From: Rickettsiales bacterium
GTDB lineage: Bacteria > Pseudomonadota > Alphaproteobacteria > Rickettsiales > SXRF01
Direction of reading: 5' to 3'
DNA length: 64,000 nucleotides
NCBI GenBank assembly: GCA_041396965.1
Contig: JAWKXN010000001.1
Span: 225,890-289,889 of the forward strand
The notes beneath the pieces are model-generated. The model saw only the letters and a list, made by a program, of their open reading frames with translations, was not told the DNA's origin and did no database searches. Below, one piece after another: positions 30,908-41,611 of this stretch. Made by a program: the position numbers and the translations under genes. How positions within the stretch are numbered: the stretch's first letter is position 1; each line of letters begins with the position of its first letter.

Positions 30908-31025
30908 CTTGTTTTAGATAATTTTTATGCAAAACAAGTATGAAAGCCTTATCCGAAAGATAAGGTTTTCCGCTGCGAAGCAAGCGTAAAATTGAATAAA
31001 ACCATGTAATGTTTTTATTCATAAT
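30908..31025. repeat. MITE-like repeat family B, copy 2 (inverted)
   Basis: Reverse complement of 5925-6040; internal hairpins CTTGTTTT...AAAACAAG and CCTTATC-cgaaa-GATAAGG. Confidence 0.85.
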
Positions 31026-31158
31026 AAGTATAAATTATAAAAGTAAATAGTTTTATAATGAGAATTCAAAATGAAAAATTTTCTCAAAATAAAACTAAAC
31101 GATAATTTTATATCACTGCTTATAATTTAATATATTGATATATATAAATTTTATTTTT

Positions 31159-31173
31159 TGGCATAATAATTGC
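31159..31173 (+). promoter_or_regulatory. sigma54 (-24/-12) promoter TGGCAT-N5-TTGC
   Basis: Exact GG-N10-GC spacing, 60 nt upstream of the 31234 start and divergent from a sigma54 activator gene. Confidence 0.7.
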
Positions 31174-31233
31174 CTTAATATAAATTAATATTCTTATTCA
31201 TAATGGGTATAAGTAATTAAAGAAGTTATAAGT

Positions 31234-32148
31234 ATGATTATTATAGATGAATACGCTAATGAAAAGTTAAACGACGAATTGGAGCGCTTAAGGGATTCTG
31301 ATGATAGTTCACCACGTGACCTCACTAGATACGTTTATTTTAATCTTTTAGATAATCCTAACATTGGTGATATAGGAGACATTGTTACTGAAGCTGCTAA
31401 TAAACATATATTTTCTTTGAGTACAAAAATATATCTTTGTGATGATCGTGACATATTTATACTAACCCCATCACTTCCGGTTAAAGATCTGAGGAACTTT
31501 ATAATGGAAGTAGCGAATAGCATAAATATACCAGTAGAAAATAGCTGGGTAGAGATTATGGATATATCTACCCATATAAATCATTTGCTAGTTGTAATGG
31601 AATCAAAGTTAGAGAAGAGACGTAAGATTATAGAAGATGAAAAAAAGATTAAGGAAGAGCGAAAACAGGAACGTATTAAAAAATTTAAGCACGATAATAT
31701 ATTAAATGTTGAAATTTCTCAGAGCAGTGATGACATTAGAAAATGCCGGCGGCAGCGTGATAACATAGAAATTATGATTATAGAGGATGATGTATTCTCT
31801 CGCCGTTTAGTAGAGAATGTTCTGCAAAAAAAATATTCACTTACCGGTCTTGGAGAAGCCAGCCATGCCCTTTCTACTTACGCGAAGTTAGCTCCAGATT
31901 TATTGTTTCTTGATATAAACTTACCAGATGTAACTGGACATGAGTTGTTGGAAAAAATCATGCGGATGGATCCCCATGCTTATACAATAATGCTTAGTGG
32001 TAACTGTGATAAAGAGAATGTTACTCAAGCGATGAAACTTGGCGCGAAAGGATTTATCGCCAAGCCTTTCACCAGAGATAAGCTTATGCATTACATAGAT
32101 ATTTGTGTTGAAAATAAAAACAAGGAGAAATCTCGTGAGAATTCATAA
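31234..32148 (+). CDS. response regulator: unknown N-terminal domain plus C-terminal receiver
   Basis: IMIIEDD...LFLDINLPDVTG...AKPF. Confidence 0.88.
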   Translation: MIIIDEYANEKLNDELERLRDSDDSSPRDLTRYVYFNLLDNPNIGDIGDIVTEAANKHIFSLSTKIYLCDDRDIFILTPSLPVKDLRNFIMEVANSINIPVENSWVEIMDISTHINHLLVVMESKLEKRRKIIEDEKKIKEERKQERIKKFKHDNILNVEISQSSDDIRKCRRQRDNIEIMIIEDDVFSRRLVENVLQKKYSLTGLGEASHALSTYAKLAPDLLFLDINLPDVTGHELLEKIMRMDPHAYTIMLSGNCDKENVTQAMKLGAKGFIAKPFTRDKLMHYIDICVENKNKEKSRENS

Positions 32149-32995
32149 AAATAGTCAGATATATCTAAAAGCATTTGTTAATTCTCTTGAGAAAGATCCG
32201 GTCAGTTTTGAGAGTTGGAACTGCCTACATTTTGAGTTTTCTGGAGATGATAGCAGTTATGATTTTTGTAGCGATCTTATATACGAAATCAAGAACAAAA
32301 ATAGTGGAGTTGATTGTGATATAATACATTGTGAGGATAATGACATATTGTTTATCAGCAAAGAATTAAACAAGGATGATTTATACGATATTGAGGAACA
32401 TGTGACCTATAGTTGTATATCTAATGATATTAAGACCAAGTCATTATGTTATGATTTATTCATGGATTGGCGCATAGTTAAGGACATATTATTGTTAAAA
32501 ATAGATGACCTATCGGTAATGGTATTTAAGTCCGATAATGAAAAACAAAATATTTTCGGTGAAATATCGTCATTACAGGAAATATTTGATGACGCCAGAA
32601 AATTAAGAAAAGTAAGAAATCCTATACATATTATGATAGTAGATGATGATCCGATTACAAGACGTGTAGTAAGTAATAGCTTTAAGGAAAATTATGCGCT
32701 TGTTACTGCTGAAAACGCGCGGGAAGCAATCGCCAATTATTTGACTTATGCTCCTGATATAGTTTTTCTTGATATAGGACTTCCTGACGTAAATGGATTT
32801 GAAGTGCTTTATCAAATTATGAAAAGTGATCCTGATGCCTATGTTGTGATGTTTAGCGCTAACAGTCATATGGATAATATAACATCTTCGCTCTTATCCG
32901 GTGCTTCTGGTTTTGTATCTAAGCCGTTTAGCAAAGAAAAAATGCGTCATTATATTGAGGAAAGTGCTGATTATTATAAGAAAACATTGTCCTAG
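32105..32995 (+). CDS. response regulator paralog: unknown N-terminal domain plus C-terminal receiver
   Basis: IMIVDDD...VFLDIGLPDVNG...SKPF; the likely start is GTG at 32135 after AAGGAG. Confidence 0.88.
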   Translation: MLKIKTRRNLVRIHKNSQIYLKAFVNSLEKDPVSFESWNCLHFEFSGDDSSYDFCSDLIYEIKNKNSGVDCDIIHCEDNDILFISKELNKDDLYDIEEHVTYSCISNDIKTKSLCYDLFMDWRIVKDILLLKIDDLSVMVFKSDNEKQNIFGEISSLQEIFDDARKLRKVRNPIHIMIVDDDPITRRVVSNSFKENYALVTAENAREAIANYLTYAPDIVFLDIGLPDVNGFEVLYQIMKSDPDAYVVMFSANSHMDNITSSLLSGASGFVSKPFSKEKMRHYIEESADYYKKTLS

Positions 32996-33052
32996 ATAGT
33001 AGGTAAAATTCTAAAAAAATAAACATTATATTCGTTACTAAGAGAGCCATTT

Positions 33053-36000
33053 ATGCATGAAATTAAAAAAATAGTAAGCATATTCTTTGTGACAGTATCT
33101 GTAGTGCTTATATTTGTTCTACTAACATATTCTTGGTTCGCCCATTTTATTTACAAGCAAGAAAATATAAGGGCAATTATCGGCATTAATAATGAACAGA
33201 CCTCTTTGATTAGAGATATAGAATATAATATTAATGGATTGGCTGCGGCTGAGACTAAAGAGAAAAAACAAAAATTAAACAAGTTACTTGCTGATAACTA
33301 TTCGCGGCTTAGTAAAATGCACGATCAGATAGTAAATCCTAGTGAGAGCATATGGAGTATTGTATATAGTGATGTAAGGTTGAAAAAAATATATTTTGGT
33401 GGTTCTAGCAACATCAATAAAAATATAGAATCTTTAATTTCTGAGCTTGCTAAAATACTAAATACCTCTGGCGATACATCAGATCATGATAGTAGGCGAT
33501 ATAGTTCCATAACTAACATTACTATACCGGAATTACTTTCTAGTCTTAAGAAAGCCTCAGATATTTATCACGATATTCAAAAATATGATTTATTAGTTTT
33601 ATATAATATCGCAGCCGTATTTTTGATTTTCATTCTTATTGTTATATCCAGCCTTTGGTGGTTGGTATTTAAGCCTATCTTGTCAAAATTCAAGAAGATT
33701 ATTGGAATGATGAGGTTGCAGCAGAAAATAGCTATCGCTACCAATGAATCAATAAATATGGAGGAGGGACTGCAAGCAGCCATTGATGGGATATGTGATT
33801 TTATGGATTGGTCAGTGGGACATATTTATAGTTTCTCTGAAGAAGAGCATCGCCTCGTAAGTATGAGCATATGGCACTTAAAATATGGAAATCGCTATTC
33901 TGACTTTAGGAAAAAATCAGATACTTTAAGTTTTACCCCAAATTTTGGTTTTATCGGTGAGGTTTACGCGAACGCTTCAGCTATGTGGGTGGTTGATTTT
34001 GAGAACTCAGAAATTTTTCGGCGCAAGGAAGAAGCAAAAGGCGCTGGACTTAAATCCGCGTTCGCTTTCCCAATTTTTATTAGTCGCAAAGTAGTCGCCG
34101 TTATGGAATTTTATTCCTCAGATACTAGTATACCAGACGAGTTTATCCTTCAGGTCGTTGGTAATATAGGCAAACAGCTAGGCCAAACTTTTGAGCGTTC
34201 ACAATTTAATGAGAAGGCAGAGTTGTTAGATACCGTGATTAAAAGCGCTAATGATGGAATAGTTATAACTAAAGCGAATCTTGATAATGATGGACCAAAA
34301 ATAGTTTATGTAAATGAGGCGTTCAGTAAAATTACAGGTTATCGCGCGAATGAGGTTATTGGCAAGACCCCAAGAATCTTACAAGGTGAGCAGACAAATA
34401 GGGAAACTTTACTTGCTATAAAAAATTGTTTGCTTGAGGGTAAACCGTTCAAAGGAGAGCTTCTTAATTATAGAAAAGATGGCGAACCGTACTGGCTAGA
34501 TATAGGCATCGTTCCCGTTCGTGATATGGAGGGCAAGATAACACATTTCGCCGCTATTGAACGTGATATTACCGACAGGAAAAATTCAGAAAATGAATTG
34601 AAGCAGGCTATGATACAGCTTAAGCTTACATCTATGAAGGCGGAAGCGGCAGCGAAAGATTTACAAATAAGTCTAAATAAAGCAGAAGAAGCGAATAAGG
34701 CAAAAAGTGACTTCTTAGCTAATATGAGTCACGAATTGCGTACCCCTATGAACGGTGTTTTGGGCATGGCACATCTTCTAGCTGATACTAATTTGGATAG
34801 TGAACAGAAAAATCTTGTAAATACTATAAACGGATCAGCAGAGAACTTGCTATTTTTACTAAACGATATTCTTGATTTTTCTAAAATAGAGGCTGGTGCG
34901 TTGGTGCTTGAGGACATAGCCTTTCCATTTACGGAAACCATACGTCAGGTAGTAAATTTGATGCAGACTCAGGCAGAAAGAAAAAATATATCACTTATAG
35001 TAGATTGTGAATCTGATGTTCCTGAATATATAAGAGGGGATTCAGGGCGCATTCGCCAGATCCTAACCAATTTTCTTGGTAATGCTATCAAATTTACTGA
35101 CAAGGGATATGTGCATCTAGTCGCTAGTATAATTGAGGAAGGAAAAAATAAGAGTATCCACATTAGTGTTCAAGATACCGGAGTTGGCATATCAGCGGAT
35201 AAACTAGGTGAGATCTTTGATAAGTTTACTCAAGGAGACGCATCTGTCACTCGTAAATACGGTGGAACTGGTCTTGGACTTGCCATAACCAAGCAACTCG
35301 TAACCCTGATGGGAGGAGAGATAGGGGTTGATAGCGTTGAAGGAAAAGGATCAACTTTCTGGTTCTCAATACCATGTAAGATAGCTCACAAGGAGGATAT
35401 AGTTATGTCTAAGTCTGAAACTCATATAAATTCTAAAAAATCAGAAGATCTTATTCCTGTAGAAAACGCGAAAGCCCTACTCGTGGAAGACTATCCCGTA
35501 AATCAGATATTCGCTGAGAAGCTGTTACGCAAATTTGGTTTCAATAATATTGATTTGGCTGAAAACGGTGTTGAGGCACTACAGAAATACCGTAGTACAA
35601 CCTATGACATTATTTTTATGGATTGTCAGATGCCAGAGCTTGATGGATATAAAGCTACTGAAAAATTACGTGCTTTGGAAGATGGAACTTCTATGCACAC
35701 ATATATCGTGGCGATGACCGCGAACGCCATGATGGGAGATAGAGAGAAATGTTTGAAATCAGGTATGGATGAGTATTTGAGTAAACCTTTACGCGCTGAA
35801 CATTTGAAAAAGGTTTTAGAAAATTGGTTTAATCTTGATGGCAATAAATCCTTAATCGTAAAGAAACCTAAGATTGAGCAAGAAAATAACATAAGCAAGA
35901 TAGTAGGCAGCGTTGATGATGATGAGGAAGTGCCGGTTGATATAGAGCAGTTAACATTATTTACTGATGGTGATAAGGAAGAGGAAAAAGTTCTAACAGA

Positions 36001-36265
36001 ACTGTTTTTAGAGCAATCCAGAGAGCTTGTTGAGCTTCTTGAAAAAAGCGTCAGTGATCAAGAAAAAGAGGTTTGGAAATCAGCGGCTCATAGATTCAAA
36101 GGATCGTCAGGAAATTTTGGCGCGATGAAATTGCATAATATATGTAAGCGTGCGGAAGCGAATTCTTCCGGTGATAGAAATGATAAGATAGAACTCATGA
36201 TAGAAATTAAAAGCGAGATAGAAAGAGTAAAAAACTTTATGGAAAACCACTCAAACGCCGCCTAA
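33053..36265 (+). CDS. hybrid sensor kinase (TM-GAF-PAS-HisKA-HATPase-REC-HPt)
   Basis: GAF segment, PAS/PAC (NYRKDG), [26 protein letters not shown] and [13 protein letters not shown]. Confidence 0.95.
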   Translation: MHEIKKIVSIFFVTVSVVLIFVLLTYSWFAHFIYKQENIRAIIGINNEQTSLIRDIEYNINGLAAAETKEKKQKLNKLLADNYSRLSKMHDQIVNPSESIWSIVYSDVRLKKIYFGGSSNINKNIESLISELAKILNTSGDTSDHDSRRYSSITNITIPELLSSLKKASDIYHDIQKYDLLVLYNIAAVFLIFILIVISSLWWLVFKPILSKFKKIIGMMRLQQKIAIATNESINMEEGLQAAIDGICDFMDWSVGHIYSFSEEEHRLVSMSIWHLKYGNRYSDFRKKSDTLSFTPNFGFIGEVYANASAMWVVDFENSEIFRRKEEAKGAGLKSAFAFPIFISRKVVAVMEFYSSDTSIPDEFILQVVGNIGKQLGQTFERSQFNEKAELLDTVIKSANDGIVITKANLDNDGPKIVYVNEAFSKITGYRANEVIGKTPRILQGEQTNRETLLAIKNCLLEGKPFKGELLNYRKDGEPYWLDIGIVPVRDMEGKITHFAAIERDITDRKNSENELKQAMIQLKLTSMKAEAAAKDLQISLNKAEEANKAKSDFLANMSHELRTPMNGVLGMAHLLADTNLDSEQKNLVNTINGSAENLLFLLNDILDFSKIEAGALVLEDIAFPFTETIRQVVNLMQTQAERKNISLIVDCESDVPEYIRGDSGRIRQILTNFLGNAIKFTDKGYVHLVASIIEEGKNKSIHISVQDTGVGISADKLGEIFDKFTQGDASVTRKYGGTGLGLAITKQLVTLMGGEIGVDSVEGKGSTFWFSIPCKIAHKEDIVMSKSETHINSKKSEDLIPVENAKALLVEDYPVNQIFAEKLLRKFGFNNIDLAENGVEALQKYRSTTYDIIFMDCQMPELDGYKATEKLRALEDGTSMHTYIVAMTANAMMGDREKCLKSGMDEYLSKPLRAEHLKKVLENWFNLDGNKSLIVKKPKIEQENNISKIVGSVDDDEEVPVDIEQLTLFTDGDKEEEKVLTELFLEQSRELVELLEKSVSDQEKEVWKSAAHRFKGSSGNFGAMKLHNICKRAEANSSGDRNDKIELMIEIKSEIERVKNFMENHSNAA

Positions 36266-36314
36266 TCCCTCTTTCCTTTGAGGGGAGAAGAGGGTGGCAT
36301 CGTGGAAGAATCTA

Positions 36315-38798
36315 CTAAAATACTCGGTATCTATTATTTAATTCATCAACTACCTCATTCATCCTATTATCAGTATGCACCGTATCGTAAAATAGATGAG
36401 ATAGTACCGCTCCTTGTAGTGGTTGTGCCGTGTGAGGCGTGTTGTTGTTAAGTAATCCACCTATAGCATATTTAGAAGTAACATCTTTCATACTCGTTCT
36501 GTCAAGAGCGGAATTTGTCTGGCTGTTATCGTTAAGTCTAAGCGTTGGTACCCCATTGTTAAACCTAAAAGCGAATATATAAGGAATTTCAGTAGAGGTT
36601 GGCTTGAATATTGTGTTGCTGTCGGTTAGAACTTCTGACGAATTAATATAGTACAGGAAGAAATTGTCGTTAACATCCAAATTAATTCGCCACGACGCTC
36701 CGATGGCTGAATCATAAAAACCACATATACATTGAGCCACTCCCAGATTATGAAAACTAGCCACCACATAAACGGTAAAGCCATCTCTGTTATAGCTGAA
36801 ATTATCTACAGTCATTAATTTTCTGTCGCTAGAATTATAAAAATCAGGAACATACAAACTGCCATGCCGGTAAGTGTTTATAAGCGGTTGGTCGCCACTG
36901 GTTGCCTGTAACGCGTGATTGCCATTACCACTTATATCATCCCACTGGCTTATATTACTGCCTGATAAAGTATAATTAGCGAAATCAAGCGATGATAGAT
37001 GAACAAGTAAATTTCCACTGTCTGGTGTGGGATTAATAGCCGGAATTAAGGAGTTGTTTCTTATATATGAAATACCGACACCTCTACTAAAATGGATGCC
37101 ATCTTTAGTGGTTGGGATATTACCACCATATAGATCTGTCCGCCATTTATAATTATTGGTTAAATCATTTACGCAGTCCGCTAAATCAATATAACCGTCT
37201 CTGCTAATACTGCCTGTGTTTTTACGAAGTCGCTCATTAAAACTAACCACTTCACCCCCAGAATCATAAGGAGTAGAAAAAGCTGTTTGATTGGTTGTAG
37301 TAAGATAGGAGTCCGTAGATGTGGTATGTGGCGGTATAGTAGTTCCCCAAAGATTACCTATTCCTTTGTTAGAAAATTCGGTAAATATACTCTGAATTCT
37401 ACCTTCCATAGTACTTGCTGTAAGCGCTGAGTCCTCACTAAAATCATTAGTGCCTAGCGCTCCTACGAGAATAGCTTTGCTGATATTTAGACCATCGGCT
37501 ATCACTTTATCAATAAAGGCAAGTAGTTTGTCATGGTTTGTTACCCATCCGCTAGCGCTATCGCCAAACCTTCCGATTTTCCAAAAGGCGTAGCCATGAA
37601 CACTTACGATTAATTGTTCCAATGCTCCTGAACTGCCAACTAAGTCACCAGTTCCGCCTGCTGAGCCAATACCAGCTCCATTGGAATCAACAATGGATAT
37701 AAAGAAAGGAGTGTTATCTGATGATTCTCCGAGTATTAGGCACGGACCATAATTTGTTTGATCGCCAGAGCCCCAGCCACCACCGCCGCCAAGCTCAACC
37801 AGTGGTGGATTAGCGTCATCATGTCCTGAACCACCTGTCTGCACAGTGATGCTAGTAACACTTCCGCCTTCCTGAGAGGCAAACCCAGTAACTCCGCTAG
37901 GCAAGAATTCGCCACCTTGTGTATAAGTACCAAATCCTGTTCCATCAACTCCCGAAAGTTCAAAAGTAGTAGAGGTAACATTAACTAAAGTGTAAGTTCC
38001 ACTGTTAAGTTCGGTCATCCCGCCAACATCGCTAAATGTTCCTGTCTGTCCACTACTATAGCCATGTGCCTTACTGGTGGTAATCACTATCGGATTAGCG
38101 CCCGTTGCTCCTGTTACAAAAGCCACTGGTGTTGATTGATAATCAGCAGCTGGTTGCCCTCTGCCAGCGTCACCATAATAAGCTCCAAGTGAGAGACCAG
38201 AGGAATAATCTTGCCCGCCGCCGGTTACCGTAGCTGGTGTTTGTATCACCCCACCAGATGAGCTGAAAGTACCAGCCGAACCCTGTCCATAACCACCACC
38301 AGTATAATCTATAGTATCATTAGTACCAGAGACTATACCATCTTGCCTTGCTCTACGCCCCATGTGAGATGTAAGTACATTATAGCTTCCCGCTACTCCA
38401 CCATCGCTAGCGACACGGCGGTTAATTACATGGAAAACAGTATTAGCTGGAATAGTAAGCCCAAACACACTCCAAACGCCGCTACCCCATTCTTTTACGA
38501 GTGTTTTAGTGGTGACTCCATTATCAGCGATAGCCGAATAGAATGTCCCATTATATTCAATGCCAACATTCAAATCAAAATCATAGTAAGCGTCACTATT
38601 TCCGTTTTGGATAACTATGCCATTAACAAAATATATACGTGGATTAACTAACGGTACATTACCGGTTTTGTGGGTAGTGCGGCTATTATGTACCCAGTTA
38701 GAGCTGCTATTGAATGTATAAGGGAATAATAAATTACCTGTAGCTATTACTAGGTTTTTATTATTTGTGTTCGCCAGTAATTTGAGTAATTGTCCCAT
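36315..38798 (-). CDS. 827-aa Gly/Ser/Thr-rich phage-like protein (FCCH-like beta module, SGNH hydrolase-like domain, C-terminal LamG-like domain)
   Basis: VTGATGANPIVITTSKAHG...DVGGMTELNSGTYTL...FELSG module; ALGTNDF and DGIH SGNH blocks; QWDDISGNGNHALQAT tail; no signal peptide. Confidence 0.6.
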   Translation of the reverse strand: MGQLLKLLANTNNKNLVIATGNLLFPYTFNSSSNWVHNSRTTHKTGNVPLVNPRIYFVNGIVIQNGNSDAYYDFDLNVGIEYNGTFYSAIADNGVTTKTLVKEWGSGVWSVFGLTIPANTVFHVINRRVASDGGVAGSYNVLTSHMGRRARQDGIVSGTNDTIDYTGGGYGQGSAGTFSSSGGVIQTPATVTGGGQDYSSGLSLGAYYGDAGRGQPAADYQSTPVAFVTGATGANPIVITTSKAHGYSSGQTGTFSDVGGMTELNSGTYTLVNVTSTTFELSGVDGTGFGTYTQGGEFLPSGVTGFASQEGGSVTSITVQTGGSGHDDANPPLVELGGGGGWGSGDQTNYGPCLILGESSDNTPFFISIVDSNGAGIGSAGGTGDLVGSSGALEQLIVSVHGYAFWKIGRFGDSASGWVTNHDKLLAFIDKVIADGLNISKAILVGALGTNDFSEDSALTASTMEGRIQSIFTEFSNKGIGNLWGTTIPPHTTSTDSYLTTTNQTAFSTPYDSGGEVVSFNERLRKNTGSISRDGYIDLADCVNDLTNNYKWRTDLYGGNIPTTKDGIHFSRGVGISYIRNNSLIPAINPTPDSGNLLVHLSSLDFANYTLSGSNISQWDDISGNGNHALQATSGDQPLINTYRHGSLYVPDFYNSSDRKLMTVDNFSYNRDGFTVYVVASFHNLGVAQCICGFYDSAIGASWRINLDVNDNFFLYYINSSEVLTDSNTIFKPTSTEIPYIFAFRFNNGVPTLRLNDNSQTNSALDRTSMKDVTSKYAIGGLLNNNTPHTAQPLQGAVLSHLFYDTVHTDNRMNEVVDELNNRYRVF

Positions 38799-39154
38799 TA
38801 TACTAACCGTAAAGCTAATGTTAGTATGGTGTCATCAGTGGATTGAACTGTATCAGCTTCTAGTTTGATAAATTGCCAAGCGGCGGTTATCGCTAGATTA
38901 GAGATAGCCACAGGTTTACCCGCCGTAGCGCTCAAGGAAAAGTCCACTCCATCCACTTGTATTCTGTTGTAGCTTCCACCTAAAGAACTAGATGCTTGAA
39001 TATAGATCTTCGTGCCATCAAAATTGCTTGGAATAAAAACTCCCGCCAGATCCATACCATGTAGATCTATCGCCGAACTTAAAATCTGACCACTTGCTAC
39101 GGTAGTTGTAAGACTATAAACTTTATTTGACGCGTATGATTTTTCATTTGTCAT
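38798..39154 (-). CDS. small phage-like all-beta protein
   Basis: TVASGQILSSAIDL...GVFIPSNFDGT; translationally coupled (1-nt overlap) to the 827-aa gene. Confidence 0.55.
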   Translation of the reverse strand: MTNEKSYASNKVYSLTTTVASGQILSSAIDLHGMDLAGVFIPSNFDGTKIYIQASSSLGGSYNRIQVDGVDFSLSATAGKPVAISNLAITAAWQFIKLEADTVQSTDDTILTLALRLV

Positions 39155-39228
39155 ATCATTACCCTTTTTGTTGTTCTAGGGTAACAATATTTATCTACCT
39201 TATTTTGTTCAGGAAGTGGATAATTTAG

Positions 39229-39666
39229 CTACACACTCGCGCTAAGCATCCATCCCGCTTTTTCATGAACAGTCAGCCTGTCTACCGCCAGTCCGATAGT
39301 TACCTCATCACCGGCTTTTTGCGCTGTTTTAATGAGTTGGTTGAGAGTGGAACTGATTATTTTTTGATCTTCCGCCAGCTCTTTTACCATAGATTTAGCG
39401 TCTTTATCCTCATCGCCATCTTTTATGTTAGAAACTTCCGCGTAAGATTTCCAACTACCCGGTGCTTTATGACCAAGAGCTCTTATTCTTTCGGCTATCT
39501 CATCAATAGCCGCAGCCAAGTCAGTATATTGCTCCTCAAACATAAGATGTAACGCTTTGAAATTCTCGCCTTCTACATTCCAGTGATAGTTCTGGGTTTT
39601 AAGGTATAAGGCATAGCTATCCGCTAGTAATATTTTTAGTTCTTCTGCTACAGGATTATTACTCAT
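39229..39666 (-). CDS. dps: Dps family DNA-protection ferritin-like protein
   Basis: KTQNYHWNVEG, FKALHLMFEEQY, DEIAERI and HEKAGWML. Confidence 0.95.
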   Translation of the reverse strand: MSNNPVAEELKILLADSYALYLKTQNYHWNVEGENFKALHLMFEEQYTDLAAAIDEIAERIRALGHKAPGSWKSYAEVSNIKDGDEDKDAKSMVKELAEDQKIISSTLNQLIKTAQKAGDEVTIGLAVDRLTVHEKAGWMLSASV

Positions 39667-39811
39667 AAAAATTTCCTTCCAGTTACAATATTCAACACGA
39701 TGACCATTGTGATGTTATCAACGGAAAAATCAAGACTATTTTTGTATTGTGTATAGAACTACAAGTTTTAGATTGGAACAGTCAGCTTAATAAGCGTGAG
39801 TAAGTGGAAAT

Positions 39812-40840
39812 TTAAGCGTATTTTTTTACCAGTTTTTTTAGTTCATCCGCTATTTGCGCTCCGGATTCACCAGCGTTTCCTTTAAGTTGATGTCCTAATA
39901 TAACTTGTAGAACTTCTATGTGTTTTTTAACTACCAAAAGATGCTTTTTGTTTTCTGGATTTAGAACATTTTTACTAAACATATAAAGCTCGTATGCTAT
40001 TTCCTTTGCTCTGTTATAACCGAACGTTCCGGATCTTGATTTAATTATCAGAGCGGTATCCGATATATTTTTAATTGTTTTTTCTGCATTTGGTATTGAT
40101 GTAAGATCGTTGTAAAATATTTTAAGCTCATCAATATTCTCACGAATCCATAACAAAGAATCATCCGTTATCGCGTCAATAGCTTTTTGAGCGTTACTTA
40201 GAACACCTTTCGTAATAAGATTACCAAGAGTAACATTCTTGCCAAGTTTTACTTTTAGTGAAAAGTCAGGAGGCCATATTTTAGGTTCTTTATTTTCCGC
40301 TGATAAAGCTTTCTTTATTTCTTTAGGATTAATTTTTTTATTAAAATCACGCTTATTTAATTTCCTTCTTTCTTTAGTGGGCTTATTATCATTTTCTATT
40401 GTACGCCTGTCTGGTCCTACAAAATTTTCACTAACCACGAAATCTCTCGGTGACTCAAATATTTTTTCCAACCTTTTATAAATGGACTGAGCGGTAAATG
40501 GTTTTATCATATACTCATTTACCCCATAATTACGAGCGAGTAGGACATCCGCCACCTCAGTTCTACCAGTTAACATTATTACTGGAATAGTGGGGTTAGG
40601 AGATTGTGGATTGCGGCGGATGAATTTAAGCATTTCCAAGCCATTCATCTGCTTGGTGTCCCATTCAGTTATCACGAAATCAAAATTTATGGTCTGCAAT
40701 AGATTAATAGCGTCCTTTCCATCTTTAGTAAGATGAATATCCGAGAAACCCATTTTTCTGAGAGTCTGTTTTAACACTCGTGCCATTTTCTCATCAGCGT
40801 CCACTATGAGGACACGGTAATCTATTAGTCTGCTAATCAA
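39812..40840 (-). CDS. Cle-type CheY-like c-di-GMP effector (atypical REC + FxGPDRR motif + His-less HPt-like tail)
   Basis: The receiver has ITEW at the phospho-Asp position; PRDFVVSENFVGPDRR follows it; the tail ALIIKSRSGTFGY aligns with H.LKG..GTFGY. Confidence 0.75.
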   Translation of the reverse strand: MISRLIDYRVLIVDADEKMARVLKQTLRKMGFSDIHLTKDGKDAINLLQTINFDFVITEWDTKQMNGLEMLKFIRRNPQSPNPTIPVIMLTGRTEVADVLLARNYGVNEYMIKPFTAQSIYKRLEKIFESPRDFVVSENFVGPDRRTIENDNKPTKERRKLNKRDFNKKINPKEIKKALSAENKEPKIWPPDFSLKVKLGKNVTLGNLITKGVLSNAQKAIDAITDDSLLWIRENIDELKIFYNDLTSIPNAEKTIKNISDTALIIKSRSGTFGYNRAKEIAYELYMFSKNVLNPENKKHLLVVKKHIEVLQVILGHQLKGNAGESGAQIADELKKLVKKYA

Positions 40841-40919
40841 TATTCCCTCCAGCCCTACGAATATTAATGTTTATAAATATTTGACCATTTTTTGGTTAAA
40901 ATATAGTTATGTATTGAGG

Positions 40920-41339
40920 CTATTTTGAGATATTTTTTATTTTTTCAATGGTTCTAAGCCCGCTAAGCCCCAACATTCCCATCAAAACAGTGGATAAAGC
41001 CTCCATATTAAATGATGGTAATTCAATTTTGCCACCACTACCGGCTATTATAAATACCAAAACCGGTTGTATTATAAAATGATAGGCAAAAGCAATTCCA
41101 CATACCCAGCCGATAAAAGGTCGCCAACCTGATATGAATATGTTGGAATTCGTGGCCTCTATTTTATTTATCTCCGATTGGTTGAGATCAGCGGATAGAG
41201 CCATTTTTAGCTTTTCTAGTTCGGCGGCTCGTTCATATTTGAGTAACTCACTTTGAGCTTTTTCTCTTTCCAGCGGATCGGGGATTATCTTATCAAGCAA
41301 TTCTGATATTGCTGGTATTAATGCTAACCATGCTCCCAT
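40920..41339 (-). CDS. 3-TM holin family protein (DUF3154 / GTA-holin type)
   Basis: SGWRPFIGWVCG and LMGMLGLSGLRTIEK signatures. Confidence 0.85.
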   Translation of the reverse strand: MGAWLALIPAISELLDKIIPDPLEREKAQSELLKYERAAELEKLKMALSADLNQSEINKIEATNSNIFISGWRPFIGWVCGIAFAYHFIIQPVLVFIIAGSGGKIELPSFNMEALSTVLMGMLGLSGLRTIEKIKNISK

Positions 41340-41611
41340 ATAATTTCTTTATCTCTTAGTTGATTTTACTAAAGTAATATTAAAAATATCATGTCTAGGT
41401 AATAGTAATTTAATTTTTTCTGGAAGATGGAAAATATATTCTATGGATTAAAAATTTGTAATGTTGCTTATAATAAGCTGAATTATATATAAAAAATTAC
41501 TAATTTATCTCTCTTGCAACAAAACGTAACAAACAGTGATTTGAAATACATAATACAAAATCGTAACTTACGATTACATATTATGAATAACTTTATAAAG
41601 TAGGATGTTAC

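Noticed and set aside
34260-34570. LOV blue-light sensor in the hybrid kinase PAS domain
   Set aside because: The motif reads GKTPRILQ rather than GRNCRFLQ; the adduct-forming Cys is absent.
36315-41339. Intact prophage or GTA cluster
   Set aside because: There is no terminase, portal, capsid, tape measure, integrase or lysin, and the phage-like genes are interleaved with dps and a response regulator.
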